Of a stretch of 64,000 bases of DNA, positions 32,159-42,414 are shown one piece after another (the stretch's first letter is position 1; each line of letters begins with the position of its first letter). The translations under genes were made by a program, and so were the position numbers. This stretch comes from Syntrophorhabdales bacterium. GTDB lineage: Bacteria; Desulfobacterota; Syntrophorhabdia; Syntrophorhabdales; WCHB1-27. Location: NCBI GenBank assembly GCA_035541455.1, contig DATKNH010000046.1, positions 8,290 through 72,289 on the forward strand. The letters run 5' to 3'. The notes beneath the pieces were generated by a model. That model was not told the DNA's origin. It saw only the letters and a list, made by a program, of their open reading frames with translations, and made no database searches.

Positions 32159-34819
32159 TTACGTGGCTGCAACCTGTTCTTCCGACAGGCGGAGCACGAT
32201 CCGGCTTATCCCTTCCGGCAGGGCCTTTCGTTTAAATCCCAGTTTCTTTGCTAAGGCAAGCATCCGGTCGTTGTCTGTGAGCACAATCGCCTCAACCTCT
32301 TCAAGCCCCTTTTCGTAGGCTATACCTATCACAAGATTGAGCAGTTTCTGCCCGAGGCCTCTGCCCTGAAATCTATCGTGCACCATCACTGCAAACTCTC
32401 CACTACTGAAGTCAGGCTGTATAATAAGCCGTACGGTGCCGATGATTCTTTTTTGGTCTCTGGGCATTACGACAATCGCCACCTCCCTCTCGTAGTCTAT
32501 ATTACAAAACCTGACCAGCGTATCGTGCGTCCAGTTCTTGATGGGGCTGAAGAATCGCTGCTTCAACGAAGTTGCGGAAACCGTGGTGAGCATCTCGTGC
32601 ACTAACGGCTCATCCTCAGGTCTGATGGATCGTGCGACAAGTTCGGTTCCATCCCGTAGTGTCCATTGCGTGTTATAGCGGCTCGGGTAAGGAGTGATTA
32701 CCAGATGCGGATACAGCGAAGTTCCGGAAGTTGGAACTGCTGCCACACTGATATCTGCAGCCACCACAAAAATGCTGCCCTCAGAAACAACCATCGGATC
32801 TATGTGGAGGGACGTAACTTCCGGGAAGTCAACTATCAGGTTTGAGATGCTCACGAGTATCTGTTCTAATTGCTTCATGTCTGCGGGTCGTCTTCCGCGA
32901 TAGCCCTGTAACATTTCGTATGCCTTTGTTTCTTCAATGAGCCTATGGGCAAGCGTCTGATTCAAAGGAGGCAGGGCAACAGAGTAATCATGAAAAAGCT
33001 CGTAGCCCAAACCCGCTGTTCCGAAGAGCATGACAGCCCCGAAATCCTTGTGCCGCTCCGCTCGCACGATCAACTGATACTCGACATTAGCGGTCATTTT
33101 CTGAATCGTTATCGACGCGAGCCCTCCCTCCCCGTCATCCTCCACGTCTCGCAGCAGCGCATCGAACGCGGAGCGAAGACCATCTTCGGAAGCAACGCCC
33201 AGAACACGCCTCCCCCCGGCACGGGACGATGGACCGGGGCTGTGCTTCAGAATAACAGGATAACCCAGCTCTTCGGCTTTGCCGAGGGCCTGCTGCTTAT
33301 CCGTCACCGTGTAAGATGGCAAAACAGGAATCGAATAATCCCGGAGGAGTTCGAAAGACTGTTCGGCCGTCAGCATTCCTGCCCCATCAGCAGTTTCCCT
33401 GCGCAGCAGCGCCTTAAAGCGATACTTGGGAGAGGATTCGGTGAGAGGAAGTTCCTCCGGGGTCTCATACAGGAGTTCAAGGTTTCTCTTATGGCGGTAC
33501 ATACGAAGATAGGCCTTGACGGCCTCTTCAGGAGTTCCGTAGGTCGGTATGTTGCTCGCTATGAGCAACTCAGCACCCTCTCTGCTCGAACGGCCGCCCA
33601 TCATTGCGGCCAACATGGGCTTTGACACATTCTTGACCATGGCCGCCAGGGCTTCGGCCAGCGCCAGAGGCGTCACCAGGGCGCGGGGCAGGTGTATCAC
33701 GAGCAGGGCATCGACACCGGCATCTTTAAGGCAACAGCGTATTGCCCTCTCGTACGGCTCGAGATCGGCGTCCACGGGCAGGACGACGGGATTTTCTTTG
33801 TTCCAGCCAGGCAAACTCTCATCCAACTCCCGCACACAATATTCCGAGAGTTGAGCCAGTTCTCCTCCCTGCTCCAGCAGCACGTCCTTTGCCATGAGCC
33901 CTACGGTAACACCATTGGTGATAATAGCGAGCCGGGGTCCTGCGGGCAGTCGGGCTGCGTCGAGCACCCGGGCTACATCGAACAAGTCGCCGGCTTCCTT
34001 TATCCTGAGGAGCCCTACCCGCCTGAAGGCTGCGTCGTAGACGAGGTCATCCATTTCCAGCGGGGGATCGGTCGGTTTGCGGGAGGCCTTATACCGCCCC
34101 GGTTTCAGAACAATGATCGGTTTTGCACGCGCGAAACCTCGTGCAGCGCTCATAAATTGTCGGGCATTCACCACCTGCTCCATATCGAGCACTATGCTTC
34201 TCGTTTCGTAATCTTCTCCCAGGAAGTCGATGAGATCGCCGAAGTCGAGATCAACCATCCTGCCGAGTGAAACAAAAAAACTGAACCCGATATGGGCATC
34301 CCGTGCCCATTCCATAACGGTGTCCCCGAGTTCACCGCTCTGTGAGATGAAAGCAATACCGCCCGGCTCAGGGTCTACGTTGATAAGGGATGCATTCAAG
34401 CCGATGGAAGGCCTGATGATGCCGAGAGACCCGGGACCCAGCAGCTTTATACCGAATCGGCGGCTGGCGGCCAGAAGCTCCCCTTCCAGCTCACGGCCTG
34501 TATCCCCCGTCTCCCCAAAACCGGTGGAGATAATCACAGCGCTCTTGATACCCGCCTCGCCACATTCACTGACAACAGCTGATACAAGTCCAGCCCGCAC
34601 CGCAATGACCGCCAGATCAGCCTTTGCCGGGAGAAGACGCACCGAAGGGTAGCACTGTAGGCCCAAGGCCTCCTTTGCATTCGGGTTGACGGCGAGTATT
34701 TTTTGCCTGCCGGATTTCAGAAGATTTTCCAGGACACTGCGACCGGCCGTCGACTCCCTTTCGGTTGCTCCCACGAGAGCAACGACTTTCGGGTCGAACA
34801 TCGCGCTTAGGCCCTGCAT
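32159..34819 (-). CDS. pat: Protein lysine acetyltransferase Pat/PatZ type (ADP-forming acyl-CoA synthetase-like region plus C-terminal GNAT)
   Basis: 886 aa. The N-terminal CoA-binding region is VALVGATERESTAGRSVLENL, the central part is ATP-grasp-like, and the C-terminal GNAT is FAVMVHDRFQGRGLGQKLLNLVIGIAYEKG. Confidence 0.8.
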   Translation of the reverse strand: MQGLSAMFDPKVVALVGATERESTAGRSVLENLLKSGRQKILAVNPNAKEALGLQCYPSVRLLPAKADLAVIAVRAGLVSAVVSECGEAGIKSAVIISTGFGETGDTGRELEGELLAASRRFGIKLLGPGSLGIIRPSIGLNASLINVDPEPGGIAFISQSGELGDTVMEWARDAHIGFSFFVSLGRMVDLDFGDLIDFLGEDYETRSIVLDMEQVVNARQFMSAARGFARAKPIIVLKPGRYKASRKPTDPPLEMDDLVYDAAFRRVGLLRIKEAGDLFDVARVLDAARLPAGPRLAIITNGVTVGLMAKDVLLEQGGELAQLSEYCVRELDESLPGWNKENPVVLPVDADLEPYERAIRCCLKDAGVDALLVIHLPRALVTPLALAEALAAMVKNVSKPMLAAMMGGRSSREGAELLIASNIPTYGTPEEAVKAYLRMYRHKRNLELLYETPEELPLTESSPKYRFKALLRRETADGAGMLTAEQSFELLRDYSIPVLPSYTVTDKQQALGKAEELGYPVILKHSPGPSSRAGGRRVLGVASEDGLRSAFDALLRDVEDDGEGGLASITIQKMTANVEYQLIVRAERHKDFGAVMLFGTAGLGYELFHDYSVALPPLNQTLAHRLIEETKAYEMLQGYRGRRPADMKQLEQILVSISNLIVDFPEVTSLHIDPMVVSEGSIFVVAADISVAAVPTSGTSLYPHLVITPYPSRYNTQWTLRDGTELVARSIRPEDEPLVHEMLTTVSATSLKQRFFSPIKNWTHDTLVRFCNIDYEREVAIVVMPRDQKRIIGTVRLIIQPDFSSGEFAVMVHDRFQGRGLGQKLLNLVIGIAYEKGLEEVEAIVLTDNDRMLALAKKLGFKRKALPEGISRIVLRLSEEQVAAT

Positions 34820-34828
34820 CTCGTACCC

Positions 34829-35146
34829 TCAGGAGCTGCCCAGCTTTTTACCCGCATGCTTCTCGATCGATTCGATCTTCTGGGTGAGGCCGCTCTTCCT
34901 ACCCTTGCGAACGTCCAGCTTCGCAGACACGTAAACCCTCTTGCAGTCCGGCTCGAGTCGTTTGTAGGCCTCGCTCATGATGCGCAAAGCCTCCTCCATG
35001 GTCTCCGTTTCAATTATCGTACCCATCGGCGTGAGGCGATAGGAGACTCCGCTCCCGTCTATAAACGTGAGAATGCGGCTGACATATGCACTGACGCTTT
35101 CCCCTTTATCCGTGGGAAACATGCTGAATTCCATCAATACCGACAT
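34829..35146 (-). CDS. MTH1187/YkoF-like (DUF77) thiamine-binding-fold protein
   Basis: The ATG at 35146 has RBS aaggagg. Carries MSVLMEFSMFPTDKGESVSAYV...YRLTPMGTIIE... Confidence 0.7.
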   Translation of the reverse strand: MSVLMEFSMFPTDKGESVSAYVSRILTFIDGSGVSYRLTPMGTIIETETMEEALRIMSEAYKRLEPDCKRVYVSAKLDVRKGRKSGLTQKIESIEKHAGKKLGSS

Positions 35147-35166
35147 GTGAACCTCCTTGTGAGATA

Positions 35167-36144
35167 TCAATGCGACCCGGCAAAATGCTCTATGGCCGCA
35201 AAATATATCCGCTTGCCCTGAACCGTAAACTTCATTTTCGCGAGGCGCGCCAAATCGAGGCCGAATTTTTGCTGAAACGTTTTCTCCCTCGCGTTGCTTC
35301 CTGTCTCGGCTGCTTCAATAAACCACTCTCCGCCCATGCTCAACATCACGTGGTCAATGGAATCAGGGCTCGTGGTCCGGGCGACGAAAATGAGATCTCC
35401 CGGACGCGGAGACTCATCCGGGCTGTTCTCACGAGGCCCGTCAGATGTCACGTGCGCTGCAAGCCATTGATCCTGTGCATCTCTCGGGATATCGATGTTG
35501 TGCACCCGATAGATAAGGTTTGTAAGGCCCGAGCAGTCGATGCCGGTGACAGTCTCGGTGAGATCAGCCATGAACATGCTTCTGCCGCCCCAGAGATAGG
35601 GTACCCCGATAAATAGAGAGGCAGTCTGTACAATGTTGCTGCGGAGCCTAGAGATCGATGCGTTCTGGAGTGTCGTCGTCACATCTTCCTTGCGCACCCA
35701 GGCGTACTTAGTTCCTCCGATCGCCGCTTTGCCGTATAGGCCCGCCTGCGCATCAGGCTCATCCACAAGCACCAGCCGTGTGCCCAACGAAAGGAAGAGC
35801 ACGGGCGCAGCCCCCTCGGTTGGCTCGGCCACAAGACGGGCAACAGCCCTCTTCACGACCGCATTATACCGCGGTGCTTCTGCAACAAAGGAGACACACT
35901 CTTTCCGAACCCAGCCGGGGTAGCCCTGCCATCCCTTGCCTGCACTCTTCAGCTGTTCTCGCGCCTCCACAGAAAACCAGCCGGGCTGCTCGCTCCTGTA
36001 AAGGAGTGTCTCATTGAAGAGCAGTTGCGTCTCCTGAAGCTCATCGCGGAGGTGCGCCCTGCGCGCCTCTTTTGGCTCCCGCCTCAGATTTGCCACAGGC
36101 ACGGTGACGACCAGGAGTCTCTCTTGTGCGGCCCCATCAACCAT
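35167..36144 (-). CDS. NlpC/P60 (C40) cell-wall peptidase with an N-terminal SH3-like region
   Basis: Carries the catalytic Cys context GIDCSGLTNLIY and the His context PGDLIFV...IDHVMLSMG. Confidence 0.8.
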   Translation of the reverse strand: MVDGAAQERLLVVTVPVANLRREPKEARRAHLRDELQETQLLFNETLLYRSEQPGWFSVEAREQLKSAGKGWQGYPGWVRKECVSFVAEAPRYNAVVKRAVARLVAEPTEGAAPVLFLSLGTRLVLVDEPDAQAGLYGKAAIGGTKYAWVRKEDVTTTLQNASISRLRSNIVQTASLFIGVPYLWGGRSMFMADLTETVTGIDCSGLTNLIYRVHNIDIPRDAQDQWLAAHVTSDGPRENSPDESPRPGDLIFVARTTSPDSIDHVMLSMGGEWFIEAAETGSNAREKTFQQKFGLDLARLAKMKFTVQGKRIYFAAIEHFAGSH

Positions 36145-36246
36145 CTATCCACCGGCTTTCAATTAGATTCTACATCACTTGATGATGCCACCGCTGTACA
36201 TCAGCCCTGCGGGCTGTTTCTCAAAGGTTCATCAGCCGCCGGGAGA

Positions 36247-37092
36247 TCATCGGTTGTCCGACTGATCCTGCACATCCGGAGATTTTTCTTCACCAGAGCC
36301 CCTTACCTGAGACTGGGATGGCTCGGGAACTGCTTCCTTTTCAGAAGGCTCATTGAGTTCTTCATACTCTGGTATCGCAATACCCCTCTTCACCATCACC
36401 GCGTAGATGAGAGAGGCCCGTTTTTCCACGTACGCTGATGCTCCCTTCACCTTGTACTTCAGTGGATTGGGAAGCACTGCTGCGAGACGCGAAGCCTCCT
36501 CTGCCGAGAGAGCTTCCGCAGACTTTCCGTAGTAGTAAAGTGAAGCAGCCTCTATGCCGAAAATCCCCTCGCCCCACTCTACCACGTTGAGGTAGAGTTC
36601 CAGAATCCTCCTCTTCGACAGATTTCTCTCGACCCTGAATGTTATGATCGCCTCTTCAAGTTTCCGTACCGGATTCTTGGTAGGCGTGAGATACAGATTC
36701 TTCACGAGCTGTTGACTCACGGTGCTCCCGCCGACCTTGAACTTCCCCGCCTTCAGATCCTTCTCAATGGCCTTCTGTATGGCATCGAAGTCGAAACCTT
36801 CATGAGACCAGAATTTGTCGTCTTCGGCGATGAGAACAGCTTTAACAAGATAGGGGGAGATTCGCCCGAGGGGAATCCATTTCTTCTGGATTACAACCTT
36901 CTTGCCTTTCCGTTTCCACTCCCGTTCCCGATATTCGATGAAGGATGTTTTACGGGGGTTCTCGCGCTTCAGCCGGGACACGTCAGGATAGACCGCATAA
37001 TAGCCGACGAAACCCACCAGCGCCAACAGCACAAGCACAAATAGGATCTTGATCAACCTGAAGAGTCGATGTTTTTTCTTCTTCCTGGCCAT
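36247..37092 (-). CDS. mtgA: Monofunctional peptidoglycan glycosyltransferase (GT51)
   Basis: Has an N-terminal TM and carries AVLIAEDDKFWSHEGFD, GGSTVSQQLVKNLYL and RILELYLN. Confidence 0.88.
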   Translation of the reverse strand: MARKKKKHRLFRLIKILFVLVLLALVGFVGYYAVYPDVSRLKRENPRKTSFIEYREREWKRKGKKVVIQKKWIPLGRISPYLVKAVLIAEDDKFWSHEGFDFDAIQKAIEKDLKAGKFKVGGSTVSQQLVKNLYLTPTKNPVRKLEEAIITFRVERNLSKRRILELYLNVVEWGEGIFGIEAASLYYYGKSAEALSAEEASRLAAVLPNPLKYKVKGASAYVEKRASLIYAVMVKRGIAIPEYEELNEPSEKEAVPEPSQSQVRGSGEEKSPDVQDQSDNR

Positions 37093-37211
37093 GTGGCTCG
37101 CGGCACTGCTCTCTCTTGCAATGTATCAGAAGAGCCCGCTACACATGCTACCATACAACATCCGGCCGCTGCCAACCGCTGTCTATGCGGCAATTATGCG
37201 TCCCGGCTGGG

Positions 37212-38633
37212 TCATTCACTCTCCCATCGCGTGTGAAAAATCCCTTTTGCATCGATGCGCTCATACGTGTGCGCGCCGAAATAATCCCGCTGCGCCTGGA
37301 TCAAATTGGCAGGAAGCCACGCGCTCCGGTACCCATCAAAATAGCTGAGCGAAACAGCCAGCGCGGGCACTGCTATGCCGGAATCGACCGCGCGCTTCAC
37401 GACTTCCCTGAGCGCTTCCTGCCGATCAACGACAACGCGCATAAGGTCAGGGTCCGCAAGCAGGTTGGGGAGCGCCGGTTGATTATAATATGCCGCACGG
37501 ATGTCTTCGAGCAGGCCGGCCCGTATGATGCATCCCGCTCGCCAGATTCGTGCCACATCCTCCAACTTGAGCCCGTATCCGTACGCCTGAGACGCACGAA
37601 ACAAGAGCGCCATTCCCTGCGCATATGTGATAACCATAGCCGCGTAGAAAGCCTGCTTGAGCTGTCTCAAAAATGGGGCGCGACCCGCCGGCATCTCCGG
37701 TACGGGGCCGGTGATCACACGGCTTGCCGCTTCCCGTTCCGTCTTGTACGTGGAGAGGTCACGCATGACAACTGCCATGTCCAGGGTCGGTACGGGCACC
37801 TGTAGCTCCATCGCATCCTGCGAAGCCCACTTGCCTGTGCCTTTCTGCCTGGCTTCGTCAAGAATAACATCCACGAGCCGCTTGCCTGTTCCCCGGTCGT
37901 CACTTTTACAGAAGATGTCAGCGGTGATCTCCAGCAAGTAACCGCTGAGTTCGGAGCGGTTCCATGTGTCGTAGACCGTGTGCAATTCGTTGTCGGAAAG
38001 GGCGAGCCCGCGCTTCATGAGGTCGTACGTTTCAGCTATCAGTTCCAGGAGACCGTATTCGATTCCATTATGGACCATCTTCACGTAATGGCCTGCGGAC
38101 CCGCTGCCCAGATAGGCAACACAGGGTTCACCGTTCGCTTTGGCGGCGACAGCCTCCAGCAGGGGTCTGACCCGCGCGTAGGCTTCGGGTATGCCTCCAG
38201 CCATGATGCTCGGACCACGGCGGGCACCCTGCTCTCCACCGGAAATACCAACGCCCATGTAGAGAACAGATCTATCAGCAAGAGCTTTGGTGCGGAGGTC
38301 CGTGTCTTTGAAGTGGGAGTTTCCTCCGTCGATAAGCAGGTCTCCCGGTGAAAGAAGGGGAAGAAGGTCCTTTATCACGGCATCCACTGGGGTACCCGCA
38401 GGGACCAGCAGTATCACTGCCCTGGGAGCGCGCAAAAGAGAGGCCAATTCGGCAAGGTTCTCGGCACCCCGGATGTCGCGATGTTCGGCTTCCTTCCGGA
38501 GAGCCTTTACTTTTGTGAGATCCGCATCATAACCGGCTACCGAATAGCCATTATCAGCCATGTTCAGCAGAAGATTACGGCCCATCACGCCGAGGCCTAC
38601 CATCCCTATCTCATAGTTTGCCCGACTATTCAC
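37212..38633 (-). CDS. gnd: 6-phosphogluconate dehydrogenase, decarboxylating
   Basis: 473 aa. Carries GLGVMGRNLLLNMADNGY, GGNSHF, GVGISGGEQGAR, HYVKMVHNGIEYG, GTGKWASQ and QRDYFGAHTYER. Confidence 0.92.
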   Translation of the reverse strand: MNSRANYEIGMVGLGVMGRNLLLNMADNGYSVAGYDADLTKVKALRKEAEHRDIRGAENLAELASLLRAPRAVILLVPAGTPVDAVIKDLLPLLSPGDLLIDGGNSHFKDTDLRTKALADRSVLYMGVGISGGEQGARRGPSIMAGGIPEAYARVRPLLEAVAAKANGEPCVAYLGSGSAGHYVKMVHNGIEYGLLELIAETYDLMKRGLALSDNELHTVYDTWNRSELSGYLLEITADIFCKSDDRGTGKRLVDVILDEARQKGTGKWASQDAMELQVPVPTLDMAVVMRDLSTYKTEREAASRVITGPVPEMPAGRAPFLRQLKQAFYAAMVITYAQGMALLFRASQAYGYGLKLEDVARIWRAGCIIRAGLLEDIRAAYYNQPALPNLLADPDLMRVVVDRQEALREVVKRAVDSGIAVPALAVSLSYFDGYRSAWLPANLIQAQRDYFGAHTYERIDAKGIFHTRWESE

Positions 38634-38659
38634 GGTACACCTCCTCTAGATGAGGTCGT

Positions 38660-39283
38660 CTACTCCGGAAGTGACAGCCCAAACGTAGCCAGGGCTTCCT
38701 TCGTCGAGGCATAGTCGCGGTGAACGATGCCCTGGATACCAACACACTGGGCTGCCTCCACGAACATATCCCTGTCCTCGATATAGACTATTTCGTCGCC
38801 AGACGCCTGGGCGATGTCCATGGCCATGCTGTAGATATCGTAATCGGGCTTCCTCGCGCGAACAAAACATGATGACACGAAGCAATCAATAAAGGTTCGC
38901 AATTCGAAACGCTTGATACGATACTCGGTAAGCTCACGCCCTTCGTTACTGACGGAAACGATTTTCAGGCCATGAACCTGCTTGAGTCGGCGCACGAGAT
39001 CGATCATGTCGGGATGAGCGTGTGACTGGGCGTACATGAACATCACAAATGACTGCCGCGTGAAAGAGCGCTCTTTGTGAAATACGGTCCGGCTCAGGTA
39101 GTCCTCCAGGCTCACCTTCCCCACCTCATAGGTGTGAAAGGTCAGGTGGTGGCGCTCATCCATGTCGGCAAAATCGATGCTGAACTTCTCCGCTGCGCGC
39201 CTGCGTGCGTCGCGATCCCAGCCATTGGTCAGCAGTACCCCTCCCAGGTCAACAAAGAGCGTGGTTATCTTCTGGTCAGCCAT
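38660..39283 (-). CDS. HAD-superfamily hydrolase
   Basis: Carries motif I LFVDLGGVL, then VSNE and a later D-rich motif VYIEDRD. The ATG at 39283 (MADQK) is preferred over 39307. Confidence 0.7.
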   Translation of the reverse strand: MADQKITTLFVDLGGVLLTNGWDRDARRRAAEKFSIDFADMDERHHLTFHTYEVGKVSLEDYLSRTVFHKERSFTRQSFVMFMYAQSHAHPDMIDLVRRLKQVHGLKIVSVSNEGRELTEYRIKRFELRTFIDCFVSSCFVRARKPDYDIYSMAMDIAQASGDEIVYIEDRDMFVEAAQCVGIQGIVHRDYASTKEALATFGLSLPE

Positions 39284-39299
39284 TCCGTTACCTCCTCTT

Positions 39300-39465
39300 A
39301 GAAACAATGTCTAAATCCCAATTATCGAAATCCTAAACAATATCAAATCTTCAATGATCTGAACTTATAGACAGGCGCCCTTGCGTCCGTGTTTTGGGAA
39401 TTGGACACTTGATATTGTTTAGACATTGGATATTCGATATTGGAAATTGGGCGCTTGCTCATAAT
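39300..39465. repeat. AT-rich palindromic (MITE/REP-like) intergenic element, copy A
   Basis: The left arm is aacaatgtctaaatcccaattatcgaaatcctaaacaatatcaa. The right arm is ttgatattgtttagacattggatattcgatattggaaattggg, an imperfect reverse complement. The GC-rich centre is related to copy B at 49478-49620. Confidence 0.6.
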
Positions 39466-39475
39466 TTCGCCACGC

Positions 39476-40915
39476 TTATCCCGTGCCGAGTCTTATCGCC
39501 TGGATCATGTCGAGCACCGGCGTCGGATAAACGCCGAGCCAGACAAGCACAACAAGTAACGCGACCAACACGGCGGAACCGGTCAGCATCGTCGCCGGGA
39601 AACCCGCGCCCGGTTCTGCCTCGCCGACACACATCGTCGCGATAACGCGCAGATAGTAGAAGAGACTGATCGCACTATTTACCAGCAATGTAATCACCAG
39701 CAGCCAGAGGGCGGAACCGGTTGCCGCTGTAACAATATAGAACTTGCCAATAAACCCTGCCGTGAGCGGCATGCCCGCAAGGGACAGAAGCATTGCGGTT
39801 AGCGCAATAGCCAATCCAGGCCGCCGCCCGAAGAGGCCGCGATACTTCTCGATGAGTTCCGCATCATTCGATTTTGTTGAAAGCAATGTAATTACCCCGA
39901 ATGCGCCCAGCGTCATCACGAAGTAGGAGACAAGGTAGAAGGCGACCGCACTGACTCTTGAAGGACCGCTCGAAAGAAAAGCCACCAACACATACCCCAT
40001 GTGAGCTATCGACGAATAAGCAAGCAGTCTCTTGATATTCGTCTGGAAGAGCGCCAGCAGGTTACCCACGAACATGGAAATGATAGCGATAACCGTGAGA
40101 ATCAGAAACAGAGCTTCGTGCGGAAGAAGCTGCCCATCCGCAAAATAACGGAGGAGCAGTGCGAAGATCGCTCCTTTTGATGCTGTGGCGATGTAGGCTG
40201 ATATAGGTGCCGGTGACCCCTGGTACACATCGGGCGTCCACATATGAAAGGGCACGAACGAAATCTTGAATCCCACGCCAACCAAAATCATGACCGTGGC
40301 TACGAGCGAAACAAGATCGGTTCCGGCCGTTCTAGAAATTTTTGAGGTAATCTCGGCAAAGCTCATTGTTCCGCACTGCGCGTACACCAGAGCCATGCCA
40401 AAAAGGAGAAAGCAGGCAGAGGCAGCGGCCAGAACGAGGTATTTGAGGCCGGCCTCGATCGCCGGAGTACGCCTGTCGTAGCCGATCAGCGCATAAAGAG
40501 AGACGCTCAAGATCTCGAGTCCGAGAAAAAAAGATGCAAAATGGATCGAGGCAACAAGAATGACGGCGCCGATCGTGGAAATGAGCAGGAGCATGTAGTA
40601 CTCGGCCGGATCTTCCCGCTTGTCCTTCATATAGTCGTACGAGAGCAGGGTAACCACTAATGCGGAAAAAAGTATGAGACCGGAAAAGAAAACTGCATAG
40701 GCATCGACAAGAAGGAGCGAAGTCACGCGTGCGGGTGAATAGGTTGACGCGGCGCCAAGGCTGAATAGAGCCACCACAATTGCCGCCACTGTCAGAAAGA
40801 ACGTCAGCCGGTGACTGCGATAGAAGGCTGCGGCCAGGATCGTCGCTACCGAACCTGCACTCAATACTATAAGAGGCAGTATCGGCATCAATGGAATGGT
40901 CGCGGCAATAGTCAC
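39476..40915 (-). CDS. nuoN: NADH-quinone oxidoreductase subunit N
   Basis: 479 aa polytopic protein carrying RLLAYSSIAHMGYVLVAF. It is the last gene of the nuo order. Confidence 0.9.
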   Translation of the reverse strand: MTIAATIPLMPILPLIVLSAGSVATILAAAFYRSHRLTFFLTVAAIVVALFSLGAASTYSPARVTSLLLVDAYAVFFSGLILFSALVVTLLSYDYMKDKREDPAEYYMLLLISTIGAVILVASIHFASFFLGLEILSVSLYALIGYDRRTPAIEAGLKYLVLAAASACFLLFGMALVYAQCGTMSFAEITSKISRTAGTDLVSLVATVMILVGVGFKISFVPFHMWTPDVYQGSPAPISAYIATASKGAIFALLLRYFADGQLLPHEALFLILTVIAIISMFVGNLLALFQTNIKRLLAYSSIAHMGYVLVAFLSSGPSRVSAVAFYLVSYFVMTLGAFGVITLLSTKSNDAELIEKYRGLFGRRPGLAIALTAMLLSLAGMPLTAGFIGKFYIVTAATGSALWLLVITLLVNSAISLFYYLRVIATMCVGEAEPGAGFPATMLTGSAVLVALLVVLVWLGVYPTPVLDMIQAIRLGTG

Positions 40916-42414
40916 GGCGTGAAAGACCTCTCAGTGGTGATTTCAATCTGCTGCAGCCGGTCGATGCCCTGCATTGCGGTATCAATAAAAGGTCTCGGGA
41001 AAAGACCCAGCCAGAGAATCCCAAGGATCATCGCTGCCATGGCGCCCATCTCTCTCAGTGAAAGATCATTCATCTTCCAGTTCATCTCATTCGGACCGTA
41101 CAGGACTCGTTGCACCATCCACAAGGCATACACGGTTGACAGGATAAAACCGCCGGCACCTATCCCAGCAAGCGCTTTGCTCACCGGGTATGTTCCGATG
41201 AGCACGAGAAACTCACCCACGAAATTCCCGAGACCGGGCAGGCCCAAAGACGCCACACCAAAGAAAAGCATGGCTCCGCCCATGCGCGGGGCAACACGCC
41301 ACAAACCGCCCATTTGCCTCGTGTCCCGGGTTTCGATCCTCTCCTGCAGCCATCCGACCAGCATGAATAGGGCGCCGGTAGAGATCCCGTGACTGAGGAT
41401 CTGGATAATCACGCCCTGGAGTGCCAGTTCCCTCCAGGCGAATATCCCGAGAAGCACGAATCCCATGTGGCTCACACTTGTGTACGCTACAAGTCGTTTG
41501 AGATCCTTCTGCGCAAAGGCAAGCATGGCCCCGTAGAGAATGCCGATTGCACCTGCCAGCATTGCCCACGGCGCAACGTGCACCATGGCCTGAGGGAAGA
41601 GTGGTATTGCAAATCTCAGCATTCCATAAGCGCCCGTCTTCAGCAGAAGCCCGGCGAGGATCACGCTCCCTCCTGTAGGTGCTTCAGTGTGCGCATCGGG
41701 GAGCCACGCGTGGAACGGAAAGGCAGGCAGCTTGACAAGGAAGGCGGCCAGGAAGGCGAGCATAAGCACCACTGCCATATTCGGGCTCATGTCTGTGCCG
41801 AGCAGCCGGTTATAATCGAACGTATAGACGCCTGTATGCCTGCCATGCACATAGTAAATGCCGAGAATCCCGAATAGCATCAGAAGGCCACCCATCTGGG
41901 TGAAGATAAAGAACTTGATAGAAGCATACATTCTGTTTTCGTGTCCCCAGAGTGCAATCAGGAAGTACATGGGTATGAGCATCATTTCCCAGAAGAAATA
42001 AAAAAGGAAGAGATCGAGCGCCAGGAAGACGCCCAGTATACCTGCAACTGTCCAGGCGAGGGTCAAGTGGAAAAGACCCACCCGCTCGCGTATCTCCTTC
42101 CAGGAGGCGATTGTTGCCATGATGCCGAGAAAACAGGAGAGCGCCACCAGAAGGAGGCTTATTCCGTCGAGCGCCAGATGAAAATCTATGTCGAGGCTCG
42201 GTATCCACGGCGCCTGCACTTCAAGAAGCCACCCGCTCCTCGCAGAAAGATCAATCTCCCCGGGGTGCTCCAGCCAGACAGAAAGCGCCAACATGAGGTC
42301 AATGCAAAAGGCAATGAGCGTGAGCCATCGCGGCCACCGGTTGCTCGCACGCCCGGAGAGCCATGCCAGCGTTCCCGCAATTGCAGGTATGAGAATCAGC
42401 CAGACGAGCATCAT
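40912..42414 (-). CDS. nuoM: NADH-quinone oxidoreductase subunit M
   Basis: The start MMLVWLILIPA at 42414 overlaps the nuoL stop (ATGA). Carries LKRLVAYTSVSHMGFVLLG. Confidence 0.9.
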   Translation of the reverse strand: MMLVWLILIPAIAGTLAWLSGRASNRWPRWLTLIAFCIDLMLALSVWLEHPGEIDLSARSGWLLEVQAPWIPSLDIDFHLALDGISLLLVALSCFLGIMATIASWKEIRERVGLFHLTLAWTVAGILGVFLALDLFLFYFFWEMMLIPMYFLIALWGHENRMYASIKFFIFTQMGGLLMLFGILGIYYVHGRHTGVYTFDYNRLLGTDMSPNMAVVLMLAFLAAFLVKLPAFPFHAWLPDAHTEAPTGGSVILAGLLLKTGAYGMLRFAIPLFPQAMVHVAPWAMLAGAIGILYGAMLAFAQKDLKRLVAYTSVSHMGFVLLGIFAWRELALQGVIIQILSHGISTGALFMLVGWLQERIETRDTRQMGGLWRVAPRMGGAMLFFGVASLGLPGLGNFVGEFLVLIGTYPVSKALAGIGAGGFILSTVYALWMVQRVLYGPNEMNWKMNDLSLREMGAMAAMILGILWLGLFPRPFIDTAMQGIDRLQQIEITTERSFTP

